Shown piece by piece: positions 11,877-25,415 of a stretch of 64,000 nt of DNA. A program made the translations under genes and the position numbers. The stretch covers positions 2,739,363-2,803,362 of the forward strand of contig NC_083433.1 in the NCBI RefSeq assembly GCF_020745735.1. Direction: 5' to 3'. Numbering within the stretch: the stretch's first letter is position 1; each line of letters starts with the position of its first letter. The DNA is from Hemiscyllium ocellatum. Its lineage: Eukaryota. The notes under the pieces are model-generated. The model worked only from the letters and a program-made list of their open reading frames with translations, had not been told where the DNA came from and did no database searches.

Positions 11877-12163
11877 TCCCTCAGCACTGACCCTCCGACA
11901 GTGCGGCGCTCCCTCAGTACTGACCCACTGACAGTGCGGTGCTCCCTCAGTACTGACCCTCCGACAGTGCAGCGCTCCCTCAGCACTGACGCACTGACAG
12001 TGCAGCGCTCCCTCAGCACTGACGCACTGACAGTGCGGCGCTCCCTCAGCACTGACCCACTGACAGTGTGTCACTCCCTCAGCACTGACCCTCCGACAGT
12101 GCGGCACTCCCTCAGCACTGACCCACTGACAGTGTGTCACTCCCTCAGCACTGACCCTCCGAC
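11877..12163. repeat. 33-bp hairpin minisatellite, about 8.5 copies
   Basis: Same unit as 7951-8155. Confidence 0.9.
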
Positions 12164-13872
12164 GGGGGAGGGCAGCATGACAGGAACACTTTCATGTAAA
12201 GCTCCCTCTACACTGTCCCTCATCAAACACTCCTAGGACAGAGACAGCACAGGGTTAGATACAAAGTAAAGCTAACTCTACACTGTCCCCCATCAAACAC
12301 TCCCAGGACAGAGACAGCATGGGGTGATATATAAAGCTCCTTCTTATCATAGAGATCTGGTTTTGAATTGTGTACTGTCTGACAGTGACATCAGGTACAG
12401 CTACTGCCAGTTGTTTTGCTGTCAGCCTGTGGATACCTGTCAGGTGAGAATTTAACCACAGGGACCTTGTCAGGGGAAATAAGCACTCCCTGAGGCTGTG
12501 AGTCACCAGAATTCACTCAGATCAGAAATCCACCCAGGAAAAGTAGCCTCTCGCCCCAACACCACACGCTAAGGCAGTCTGTGAGTTCCCCACACTTACA
12601 CCATCTCACTCTGCCTTCTGGATCCTGGTGTGGGGGGGGGAAGGGGGGGACGGGGAGCATTGGGAGCTCAGATTGTTGGGTGCGAGCAGATTTAATATCT
12701 CCAGCTCCTACTGCACAGGCACAGCTGCTGACAGGTCTAGGACCATCCCAGTTTTACTAACATTCAGCTCTCCATCTCCCAGAAGGTCATGGAATGCGAT
12801 CCCTAATCAGTACAGCCTCCCTGTACAAATCCTCAACCTGGATACAGGATGGGGTGGGGGGACGGTCTATAGGAGAAAGACAATTCTCTCTGAAGTGTGT
12901 CCGCACACACAATCCCAGCAGGAGTCTCTCTCTCTAATCCAGCCCCCTGTGCATCTCTGACAGTTTCCTTGATCATTCAGGGCTGTGAGATTTCAGAGCA
13001 GCCAGGAAGCAGCTTTAAGCACAAACTGAAATAAACAACGCCACGAAGTGCTGGAGAAACTCAGCAGGTCTGCCAGCATCTGCAGAGAGGGAACGTTTTG
13101 AGTCGGATAAGACTTCTTCAGAACTAAAGAACGCTTCGTGGTACAAACAATCCTGAAGATTCTTGGAATAAACATGACCAAAGCTTAGTAATAATGTGTA
13201 ACAGTGATCTCATCCTACCTCCGTTTGTACATTGCGTTTCTTTCCCTGTCTGTACCCCATGTACTATGATTGTTATTAACTGTCCAGTAATTTCTCGTTT
13301 ACTGATTAGATTTAGGTCACAAGCCTGCTTTCTTGTTACCGACATCTCCTTATAAAATTGCAAGTTACTTCTTACAAGAAACAATTAATTGATTATGTTT
13401 CGAATAAACACTGAACAACTCAAATCCCCGCCGGACTCTGCCCTTTTACAGATAAGTACAAAAGCTTTGCAACTTCCAAGAGCTGCCTCACTGACTGAGC
13501 AATTTTAAACTCCCTCAACGCTCACAACCTCATCCTCTCAGTCCATCCTCAGGAAAGAATTTTAACACTTTGTAATTATTCCAGTTCAAATAGCCCTCTC
13601 CCTTCCCTCTGTAGCTGGACAATGCATGAATTTTTGTCTTGCATTATTTATGTAATTCATCGTTTAATTATTGAGTTTAACACAGCAGCACTCTCCCTCC
13701 TGCTCTACATCTCTTCCGGAGCTTCTGCACCATCTGACGGCGTGTGGCCAGTTTTGAAAGCAGTCATTTATTTTATTATTGGGGAAGGGGGTTGGGGGGG
13801 GTTTATTAATTGCCTTCAGTGCTTTTGGAAGTTGTTAAGGCTAGAGGTGTTTTGTATTTGTCGCGGGATTAC

Positions 13873-13941
13873 CTTTCTGATGCGCTTCTTGCTGATATTC
13901 TCCACGGCAAACACTTGCTCTCCTATTGCAGATAGCTCCAT
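13873..13941 (-). CDS. CBX7: Chromobox 7 (Polycomb PRC1), coding exon 1
   Basis: Reverse strand ATG at 13941 translates MELSAIGEQVFAVENISKKRIRK (69 nt), then donor GTAATC; matches the CBX7 N-terminus MELSAIGEQVFAVE. Confidence 0.95.
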
Positions 13942-14170
13942 ACAGGCAGACTCACAGCTTTCTTCCTACGCAACATTTTCACCAGCGCGTCCCCGACACA
14001 CACACTCTCTCTCTCTCCCTGTGAGTTCACCCGTGCACGCGCACAGCCATACGTGCTCCCCATCCCGTGCACGAGCGCCCCCATTGCACAGGAACGCGCC
14101 CCGGTCCCTCAACATAAAGTCATTCTCACTCGTTCACACAGAACTTTCCAAGTGAATAAAAACACGGGGG
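13942..14170 (-). promoter_or_regulatory. Probable CBX7 5'UTR / proximal promoter
   Basis: Local CpG enrichment (gcgcgt, cacgcgcac, acgagcgc, aacgcgcc) directly upstream of the ATG; TSS cannot be determined. Confidence 0.45.
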
Positions 14171-14556
14171 TGGGAGCTCAGCCTTTCACAGGTTCACCCC
14201 CACCTTATGCAGCACTTTAAGATTAAAGTGAAATTGCAGCAACACTCTTATAGCAGGAGGCCATTCATCCAGAGGGACTAGGAGCAGGGGGAGTTATTCA
14301 GTCTCCCCCATCCCCCCACCTCCCCCAGTTATTAGGATCATGGCTGACCATCACATACAATTCTCAGGACAAGGTCAGAAGTCCCTCAATATTAGGCTAT
14401 AGTCCAACAGGTTTATTTGAAATCACAAGGTTTCAGAGCGCTGCTCCTTCAGTTGGTGAACTGTCTGTAATAGGAGAGCAAGGGGTTGCAGTAGAGAATA
14501 TCAGCGAGAAGCACATCAGAAAAATAACCTGATGTCGTGTGACTTCTGACTTTGCC

Positions 14557-14666
14557 CAGTCATTTATTTTATTATTGGGGAAGGGGGTTGGGGAGGTTTA
14601 TTAATTGCCTTCAGTGCTTTTGGAAGTTGTTAAGGCTAGAGGTGTTTTGTATTGTCACAGGATTAC
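14557..14666. repeat. Local ~110-bp direct duplication of 13761-13872
   Basis: CAGTCATTTATTTTATTATTGGGGAAGGGGGTTGGG...GCTAGAGGTGTTTTGTATT..GGATTAC is present twice, about 796 bp apart. Confidence 0.92.
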
Positions 14667-17600
14667 ATGGGCACCTCCACCTCTTGGCAATCCTGAGGAG
14701 GCATCATTGAACCAGAAAGATTTAACTCTGTTTCCCTCTCCGCAGATGCTATCTGATCTCCAGCAGTTTCTGATTTGGGGTGTTTCAGATCCGCAGTTCT
14801 TTTTTGGATTTTGTTTAACTCAGCACCACTGTTCCTGCATATCCTCATACCCTCTGATCCACGTAGCCCCAAGAACTCCTTCCGGAAAACATTCAATGTT
14901 TTGGTCTCCACCACTTTTCATGGCAGAGAATTCCATAAGCTGCCCACTCTCTGGGTGAAGACATTCACAGAATCCATACCATGTGAAAATAGGCCATTCA
15001 GCCCATCATGTCCACACCAATCCTCTGGAGAGCATCTCATTCAGACCCACCCCTACCCTATCCCTGTAACCTTGCATTTCCCAGAGCTAACCCACCAAGC
15101 CTGCACATCCCTATGTCACTATGGGGCAACGGAGCAAGGCCAATCCACCCTAACCTGCACATCTTTGGACAGTGGGAGGAATCACACACAGTTACAGGGA
15201 GAACATGCGAACTCCACACAGACAGTCGCCTGAGATTGGAATCGAACCTAGGTCCCTGCTATGAGGCAGCAGTGCTAACCACTGAGCCATCAAACTGACC
15301 TTGTTTCAATCCTAATGACCTATCCCATTTCCTCAGACTGTGACCCCCTGGTTCTGGACTCCCCAGTCATCAGGAACATCCCTCCTGTTTCATCCAGTCT
15401 AGGCCTGTTAATCCATCATGTCCATACTAGCTCACTGCTATGACAAGCTTAGTTTCTCTCCCCCACCCTTGTAATCTTGAAAATCTTCAAGGAATTCTCC
15501 AATTCTCCTTCTTAAAGCTACAGTTGAACCTGCACCCTCAGCACAGAGAGATACCATGGTCTGTGGGTTTTTACCTCAGAGAAGTGAGAGGAATTGCTTG
15601 AGATGTACAGAGTTCTCAGGAGCATGGAGTGGGGTAGATTGGGAGAAACCTTGCCCCTTAGCTGATGGATCAACAAACAGGCGGCATGGTAAGGAACAGA
15701 AAGTTTAGATGGGATTTGAGGTTTTTATTCCCACCCAGAGGGTATCTGCAACTCGCTGCTTGAAAAGGCAATGAGGAGAAAGTAAGAACATTGCCACTGA
15801 GTCTGACAAACTAAAATATAAAACCCAGAGGCAGAAACCTCAGGACATTTAAGAAAAATTTAGATGAACATTTGAAAATCCATTGCATACTAGACTGCAG
15901 GTCACGTGCTGAGGCATGGGATTGGAATGGATTGATGTTTGATGACCAGCAGAGACAAGATGGACTGAAGGGCCTCTTTTCATTCTGTAAAAACACTGTA
16001 ACACTGTCAGAACCTCACCACTCACTGCAGAAAGCTTTCCTTCCTGGAGTTGCACAGGATTCCTTTGCCAATCCCCTCAGATCGATACTATCTGGCTCTT
16101 GATCTTTTCACTGGAAGAATTTCTCTCTTTCCACGCTGTCTGGTTCCCCATGATCAAACTTCCTCTTGCCCCTCTCTTTCGGTAGGACTATTCTTAACTT
16201 CTCTCTGAAAAGCCAATTGACACGATCAGTTACTGAGCATTTAGAGATATCAGTGACATCCACATAAACATAATACTTCAGTTGAGACCGAATGGTGTTT
16301 TATAAAGGTGGAACTGGGTACTGCAGATGCTGAAGATTAGGGTCAAGATCAGAATGGTGCTGGAAAAGCACAGCAGATCAGGCAGCATCCAAGAAGGAAA
16401 ATCAACGTTTTGGGCAAAAGCCCTTCATCAGGAATGACTACAGGTGTTTTATAAAGGTTCACCATAACGTAACACAATAAGGACATGGCAGCACAAGTGG
16501 TGTTATGTATGGTGACTGTTCATAAAACATGTATATAGGTTAGCAGGCAGCAGATCTGCTATTTCACCTCCATTAGTTAGAGCTTAGGCTATCAAACACT
16601 AACAGTGCTCCTTCTGTAAGAGATTTAATGGCAATGTTAGTACTGGACCTGAGAGAATGTTAGAATCAAATGAGCAAGGTCAAAAGTGGGATTTAATGGA
16701 TGTGTCCATCATGGAGTTTCCACTGACCAGAGGGTTGCTAACCAGAAGGCAGAGATTTAAGTGTGGCGGTGGAACGAGAAGGGATTTGAGAGGAATGTTC
16801 GAGTGTGGTGAGTTATGATTTGGAATGCACTTCCTGAAGGGGTGGTGAAAGCAGGTTAAATAATAATTTTCAAAAGGAAGCTGAATAAAAACTTGAATAT
16901 TTTTGTAGAGTTATGGAGAAAAAGATAGAAGGGGGAACTGGAACAAATCCGATATCTCTTGCAAAGAGTCAGCACTGACGCAATGTACTTATGGTTTAAT
17001 ATACACACACGCCTGTTACTAACTCACTGATCTGAACGCTCAGGTTTCAGATGAGGTTCATAAACAACCTGCGTGTGGGGCTTATGAATTACAACAATGT
17101 CACACAAACCACTTGATTTGCCTGCTTCATAACAAAGCTCCATTGTGTCAGGTTGCTCGGTGCAGCCTACAGTACAGTACTGGTTTGCTCAAGGACATAT
17201 AATTTACCTAAGGAATGCTATTACATTGGCTGCAAACTTAGTCACTGTACAATTTGCAATATGTGACTCAGCTCTAGCTAAAGACAGCGACACCCCAAAG
17301 TGGTACCGTCACAAAATGGTACCCACATGAACCCTCCCTCCAGTGAATACATCAGCAAAAAGTAAACAAGGTATCTTATTTATACAGAAGAACTGATTGA
17401 AACTGCTCACGTTCTGAGCAGAGCAGATGCACAGATTTAGAGCAATTAAAATTTCCAGAATGGAGGACTGATGCTTTTTGAATATCATGTAGATTTATCT
17501 CACCCTTTTTAACATAGTACAACGAGCTGGGACAATATCAAACCAAGTTTGGTATAGAATTAGGACAGAATAATCAAACACTCAGTTTGAGGACTGTTTT

Positions 17601-18699
17601 GGGTGGAAAGGGAAGCAGATGGATCGAAGTAGGGAATCGAAGAGTGTGGGGCCCAGGCGTTGGCCAGGAGAATGGGTGCGCGTACAAAGGGTTGGACTCT
17701 CTGAGCACTGCCACTCCCAACTGCAGATTCATGGGACTCACGGCTCACAGTCAAGCAAGGTGAGGGGCTGTCCCTCTCACTGCAACATTGCACTATCAGG
17801 TAACATCCAACATGCAGCTGTACTTTTCTTTAATGTCATGATGCCATAAATGCTTACCCCAACTCTTCAGGAATGTGTCCCAACCTCATCACTACTAAAA
17901 TAACTAGTGGACTGTATCCCGTCACCAAGTCCCCTTTTATTAACATGTGTAGAGTCCCAGACACTGATCCAGCTTTCAGTGAATAGAACCCTGAACACTC
18001 CTGATTAACTTTTTTTAGTGTGTGCAGGTGTGCACAGCCGTATTATCAAGATATCTCAATAACCACACCGGTGAGTTTTTAATTCCTCAAGAGATGTGGG
18101 TATTGCTATCTACGCCAGCATTAAGTTATAAGAGTCAACAGATTGCTGTGGGTCTGAAGTCACATGTAGGTCAGACCAAGTGAGGATGGCAGATTCCCCC
18201 CCCCCCCCACCAGCTAAAGGACATTAGTGAATAACAATTGACAGTGATTGTATGGTCCCAGCAGGCAAGCTTTCAACTCTTAAGACTGGCATTAATTAAA
18301 ATTTCACCATCTGCCAGAACACATGCCCTTGTTCTCTGGATTACTAGCATGTGCCACTACGACACCACCCACCTCATTTGGGACGTGATGGGATCTCTGT
18401 TGAAGGTGCAATACTGTTTATGGGACATTGTTATTAAAATACCAGCAAGTTGTGGAAACCAGGCAATTTTTCATGCCCGTGGTATCAACCACTGTAATTA
18501 CTAACTTCTACCCAAAACCTTTAATTGTAACCATTTTATAAATCTGTGTTAGACTGTCCCAGCTATAGCTCCAGTTCAAAGAAAGAGTGAGAAACTTAAG
18601 TGTGCTGCCAAGAAAAGTTTAATAGTGACTTTTCTTAAATACAGCCATAAACTCCTTAATATTACACATTAAGGCCACACAAAAAAAACTATTAGTTTC

Positions 18700-21600
18700 A
18701 TATTTAAACAAATTAATGGAAGATTTTATTCAAACAGTATGGGTTTTGTTTTCCATTCACAGACACAACACAAAATAGGCTGAAGAAAGGGTCACAAGGC
18801 TGGCAGGCAGAAACTCCATTTCTGGGACCTGAGGAATTGTAACAAAAATGACCCTGACACAATTACCCGAACATATAGTGTTTATTATACAGCATTGCAC
18901 TGTTCATCCCTCTCCCAAACTGAAGGGATAACTAATAGCGACCAGATGTCAATAATGTAAAAATACAACTGATTTCCTTTTTGCCTGCAATCATGCCAGG
19001 TTTCTGTGATAACTAAGCAACAAAGTTATAATCTTTAAAGTGCAGCAGAGGCAGTAGAGATACACACGTTTGCAGAGCCCCTGTTGGTCATCTACAAACA
19101 GGGTCAGTGTTCCTTGCTTCAAATCTGATTACTGGAAAAAAGTAGCAACATTGGATTGGGGGAAGATTGCAAATGTAACAAACTTTGACCAATTCTCTGA
19201 ACATATGAACTCAATAACTTCATCTAAAAAAGGATGGCCAGAACTAATCCAACCCCTTAATTGGACACTATGTTGGCAGAAAGACTTTCCTTCTAGTTAA
19301 TGCTGCTGACCTGTATCAGAGAAACAGATGGAAGTTGCAGAAATGCTGCAGTATACCTACAACTTGAGCCGCAAGAGGTTTATGGGCATTTCTCTTCATC
19401 AGGCCAAGTGCAACCTACTTTGCATTATTGCGTTTTCTTTACTTAATAGTTTCCACAACCTACAAATACCACCTCCAGGACCCAAAACCCACAAATACCA
19501 TCTCCAGAAGCCAAAACCTGCAAATACCACTTCCGTCTTGAGACTTCAATAGCACATCCAAAACTCCCACAACCTACAAATACTGTCTTCAAAGCTTGGT
19601 TTCCATGTAAAAGCAAAGGGTAAACTTATGGAAATTCCTACCTCCTGTGCAAATCTGATCATTCATTGCTATCCCAGCGGCTTTAGGATGTTATAATACT
19701 CTGGTCAAGTGTAAGAAAACTTTCCATCTACGTCACAAAACTTTGGAATGAGAAAAGCCTCCAGCTGCACATTTCCCTTAGTCATTCATCTTTGGTAACA
19801 AGACCAGGCTCCCCGGTCAGATTCAGATTCTCAAAAGAGACATTCTTCAGATTTCCAGACCCAGCTTTTAGAAGTTTGAACCTGATGGTTGTTGGAAAAT
19901 GCTGATGCAATGTCAACCCCCCACCTGGAATTTCCAGTGTGTTCTCTGTGGATGCAACTGGACTGAGCCTGTGTCTTACCCCTCCTTTATCCTGCAGGTG
20001 CAGAAAGCCAGTCAACAGACTCGCAATTTGTTTCCATCATTTCTTTTGCAAATGTCAACTAGGCATTTGATTGTTACCATACAATTAAACTGGGCACTAC
20101 ATCTGATGGGACTGGATAGTTCCTCAATGTTTCCCCTTTGGTCCCAGTATACATGGTGTTGCTTTCCCACCATGGCCTGCTTGTTTCTCCCCCCCCACCC
20201 CAACACCCCATCTTTGAAGTGGTTGCCAGACTTGAGTCTGAATGATTATATTTTCAAGGTTTAAAACCATGAGGAGGGCCAGGCCCGGAGGCAAGACGCC
20301 GGTTACTCTGCAATCCTCCAACTCACTACAAACCTGTGAAAACAAAAATCCTTGCAGCAGCTTCAGGGGAATCTCAAAGTATTACCTGGACCAGAAAAAT
20401 ACATCCAACAGACTGCTTTACCAACTTACAAGCCTGCGCTTTGAGATCACCCACCTGTAACTCCCTAGGTAACTACTACTGAACTCAAGGTCAAACCAAG
20501 CTCATCACTAGCAATCCCACCATTTGAATAGTTGTACCAAGGAGATAAACTTGGCTGAAATGAGATGCATTTTCTCATCCTTTTTTTCTTGGAAGTGCAA
20601 TCACAAAATTCAAAATCATTTCAGTTTCCAGACAACTTAAATCCGACACACTCCCTTTTTCCAGGCAGCAGTCAGGATGGGCCATATGAGGCCATTGTGT
20701 TTATAAAGCCCATTCTTCCATGACAAGTGTTAACACTTCAAAAGCACTTTGGAGTATCCTGAGGTTGTGAAAGTTGCTTTGGAAATGAATGCTATTCTTT
20801 CCTTTATTAAGATCCACATCCCTACCCTCTGTTTGGGCACACATTTTAAGATATAGACTATTAACATTTCTCAGGTGGTGACAAGTGTTTGAGTCTCAGC
20901 GACTGGTCAGCAATAAGGAAATGACCAATTCTTAGATGCTTGTCACAGAACTACAATTCCCGAGATCAATCTGACCACAATCCAGTGAATGAGATGGACA
21001 CTTCTCACCATCTTCTCATTTCTTTAATCAAAGGAACTGGCACTTTATCAGTTTGCCCGTGTTGCTGGATTTAAGATTCCAGCCTGTCCGAGTCACATTG
21101 CTATTGTCTCAAGGGTCCCGGTGAAATCCCACTCAAGCAGTGTCAACAAGTCATTCATTTAAACAGTGCCTTTAATATAAAGTTGAGCCAAGGCAGCAGA
21201 TCTAAATCCACAGGGATCCACTGCTGACCAGGAGTGGAATCTCTCTGGGAGCAGTCAAAATCAGGAACAGTGATTATGAAAAGGATGATTCTATTGGGAT
21301 GATGCTACCTCCCACTCAACATCCGACCTTACAGCAAGACCCAATACCATCAGTGAAACTACGAAATGTGTTGGTATTGAGCGTCTCTCTCAGAGATGTA
21401 GGTCAAGGCAAACAACTGTGTTTGGGGTATCAGATCTATCCCCAAACTCTGAGAACAAACAAGATCTATTCAACTGCGAGTGCACCTCCAGTTCCTGGAA
21501 CAGTGGCGGGTTATCTGAACAAAAAAAAAGACTTCATTTCGATAACTTAAGTTTTGTAAAATATAGCAACAAATTCCATAATTTGGGGAATTTGGAATCT

Positions 21601-23013
21601 CCCTGCTCTTTTCTCTTTCCCCGATAGATTGTCCAGACAATTATTAAGGTGCCTAATGACTGCCAGCTTGTCCAGCACTTTGTGCTGTCTCTTCCCTTCA
21701 CTGGTCCACATTGTTCATTAGTTATTTATTGACTTGGTACGGTTCCAATTTCTGACGGATCAATCAGACAAATCTTTTCTGACATTTTGGGGTGAGGGAG
21801 TGGAATTACAAATCAGCTCCCCACCCAGTCTGGGGGAAAAGGATCAGACTGTTGCAGGTTTCACACCCCACCCAGCTGCTTTTGTTCCCACTGAGATCTT
21901 CACAAACTAATACTGGGCAAGGGTGTACACAGCTGGCAAACCACCAGCCACCCTTCCCTAGTCAGTTATGTTACTGCCTTGACATCACTGAAGGAGGGTA
22001 CTAAAGGGATTCTGAATTACACAGACATTTTCATTGGCACTAACAGGTCGTACAAACTTGTCAAGTTACAACATATACTGGAAAACTAATACCTACAAGA
22101 TTTGAATGGGTTTAACAATACTCTCTACCTTTAACCAGATTGTCAATGTGCTTACCACTTTTAAACTCTTGGTATCCATTTTAAGAAGCTGGTAGCCAAA
22201 ATATTTAATTTTAAAACTTGATTTATCACTTTTGAATCACATGGGCTCCTGTGTGTAGACAGCAAAGGGATCAATTTCCAAATTTTTTTTAAAAAAGATT
22301 GCATTGTGCAGCACAGACTTCTCCCCAATGTCTTCATCATTAGCAACACAAGCCCCAAACAAATGTCTTCTTCATTTCCAATATGTTAGTGAGAAAAAGT
22401 GAGAATCTCTTAATTTAAGAAAACAAAATCACTGGCAAAACGAGTGCTGACTAGGGAAGGAGTGTTGGGGCAAGCTGACGTTTAGTAATTCGAAACCAAG
22501 CAACAGCTTTCCAGAATGAAAAGTCACTGACTTAAAAAGATAGCTCCAGTTTTCTTGTTGCCTGAGGACCTGAATATTTCCAGCATTTTACTGTAACTTT
22601 TAGATCAAGAGATTTACTTGGGCCTTGGTGCTGAGATGTGTTTGCTGCCTGAAATTCTTATTTAATTTAGTCTTGACCTGAGCCTTACCTGGCCAATTAT
22701 TCCAATAATCTTCCCCCAATTTTAATATTTATACAATTTACATTTTTTTTTAAATTCACTAAACAACGAAATAAAAACTATTCGTCCCTCAGAATTTCTG
22801 CTTTGAGTAATTCATTTTTGTTTAAAAAAAGCACCAACTTCCATTTCAAATACTTAAGTCACCAAGTCTTTTAAAGATATGCAGAGCTAAAAGGAAATTC
22901 CTCTTCCATCGAGAAAGACCAAGAGTTGTGGTGTTTATGCGTTTTGCTTCATCCCTTGAGCAGGGAGCTGTAGTGACTGCAAGGCGTAGTTTACACTGGG
23001 ATTTTTCCCCAAG
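18700..23013 (-). other. Probable long JOSD1 3'UTR
   Basis: About 4.3 kb almost free of the repeats that fill the introns; reverse-strand AATAAA at 18881-18886 and 18725-18730. The 3' end is inferred. Confidence 0.5.
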
Positions 23014-23113
23014 TCAGCCATCTGTCCTCCAGCTCTGATGAACTTCGACCTCTTCACTCACAACCAATAGGAGCTCACAGTTCTTCCCCCTCAGCTGGTG
23101 TTTCAGAAATTTT
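23014..23113 (-). CDS. JOSD1: JOSD1 coding exon 4 (stop)
   Basis: tacacag|A AAA TTT...GGC TGA = [32 protein letters not shown]; total CDS 600 nt = 199 aa + stop. Confidence 0.95.
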
Positions 23114-23224
23114 CTGTGTAGAAATTTATAAAACAGAAAAAATTGTTGAAACAATGTAAATTTCACACAGAACACCAAGAGGCATGATTGTATAAGTCAC
23201 TTTCACCAAACTCTGGAGGGTTTG

Positions 23225-24130
23225 AGCCATAGAGACAGGCCGAATAGTCTGGGACTGTTTTCCCTGGAGTGTCAGAGGCTGAGGGGTGACATTATAGAGG
23301 TTTATAAAATCACGCGGGTAAATAGACAAGGTCTTTTCGCTAGGGTGGGGATTCTAGAACTAGAGGGCAGAGTCATAGAAATGTACAGCATGGAAACACA
23401 CCCGTCGGTCCAACCCATCCAGATATCCCAACCCAATCTAGCACCCGGCCCATATCCCTCCAAACCCTTCCTATTCATATACCCATCCAAATGCCTCTTA
23501 AATGTTGCAATTGTACCAGCCTCCACCACGTCCTCTGGCAGCTCATTCCATACACGTACCACTCTCTGCGTGAAAAAGTTGCCCCTTAGGTCTCTTTTAT
23601 ATCTTTCCCCTCTCACCCTAAACCTATGGCCTCTAGTTCTGGACTCCCCAACCCCAGGGAAAAGACTTTGCCTATTTACCCTATCCATGCCCCTCAATTT
23701 TGTAAACCTCTATAAGGTCACCCCTCAGCCTCTGACGCTCCAGGGAAAAACAGCCCCAGCCTGTTCAGCCTCTCCCTATAGCTCAAATCCTCCAACCCTC
23801 ACAACATCCTTGTAAATCTTTTCTGAACCCTTTCAAGTTTCACAACATCTTTCCGAGGGGGATAAATTTAAAAGGGACCCAAGGGGCAACTTTTTCATGC
23901 AGAGGGTGGTATGTGTATGGAATGAACTGCCAGAGGAAGAGATGGAGGCTGGTACAATTGCAACATTTAAAAGGCATCTGGGTGGGTATATGAATAGGAA
24001 GGGTTTAGAGGGACATTGGCTGAGTGCTGGCAAATGGGATCAAAACTTATTTAGGATATCTGGTCAGCATGGACGAGTTGGACCGAAGGGTCTGTTTCTG
24101 TACTGTACAGCTCTAGGACTCTCTATGACT
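23225..24130. mobile_element. CR1/HER1-like 3' fragment (+) with an inverted copy nested at about 23369-23850 (-)
   Basis: FFTQRVVRVWNELPE motif readable on both strands (ORFs 23302-23697 - and 23897-24136 +). Confidence 0.85.
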
Positions 24131-25415
24131 GACTGATCTCTTTCCGTTTGATCTCAAATTTCTGACTCCTTCAATGGGTAAGACATTCAATGGCCGCAAA
24201 CTCCCTCCAGAACTTAAACAGGGTGATGGCCATGCATGTGTGTGGACCATGTCACCAGCAGGATCTCCGAATGGGCAGGAGATCACAGCTAAGGACACTC
24301 CATACCTGTGAAGATACACATTAGATTAGCCTGCACAACTGGTCACTTCAAAGTCTCACATCAATAAAAGGTGCAAGATAACTCCAGGTGTGCTAAAGCA
24401 GCAGTAACAGCTAAATCTTTATCCCTCCCACTCCTCATTAAAGCTAACTGTGGCTAACGACAGCCTCTAACCCACTTCCTCAGTTCACAGCCAAGGTATC
24501 AGCAATCAAACTTGTCCCTTGTAAGGCACAGAGGAACTAAATTAGCCTCTTTGGTGAAGTTTTGAAATGAAGCTATCATGCAGCTCCTCGTAGGCTATGG
24601 CTACATACACAAGATCAGCAAGTTACAACACCTAAACCAGTACAGGAATTTGCTCGATCACATTTGACCCTGTTCTCACCTTTTTTTTGTGACCCACACT
24701 AACTATGAGCGTTAGAACGTTCCCTGACTAATTCACATTTTATCAAATCACTGCAACGTTTCAGAAGGCAGCCTGCCTGAAATATTCAGGACAGTAAATG
24801 AATGAAAGCCTTAGACACTGACTAGAATGCAATGTGGGATTTAGTGATGGAGGCCTCTGACTCCTGTGGGAATGGGAGTGAGGCAATGACAGATTGGCTT
24901 CATCACTGTTACCCTCTCCCAGTCCCTGATGTGTTAGTTCAATGGATGGACTCTTGCCTTCAACATGGCGAAAATGAGGACTGCAGATGCTGGAGATTAG
25001 AGTCAAGAGTGTGGTGCTGGAAAAGCACAGCACATCAGTCAGCATCCGAGGGGCAGGAAAATCAATGTTTCAGGCAAAAGCCCTTCATCATTCCAGCACT
25101 ACACTTTAGCCTCTTGCCTTTGAGAGGAGTCCTCGATGGCTGCTGCTGAATGTGGAACTTAGCCTCAGCAAAGGGCAACCCATTATCGGCAAGGATCGTG
25201 AGGGAGAATATTTAAATGCCAGTAGGCTGTCTGGCTATGGGAGGCATCACATGTCAGTACAATCCTGTAGTCATCCAATCTCCATACAAAGGGAATCACT
25301 CAGTGTCTGACTGACATTCTAGCATCAACCTTGCCTCTTCATACTTATAGGTCAAACACCACACAGGACACTGGTGAGCTCTGATCACAGAAATCCACCT
25401 TGGTGATCTATTCAC

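Noticed and set aside
13622-14155. 177-aa plus-strand ORF
   Set aside because: Antisense to CBX7 exon 1 and promoter; no recognisable domain.
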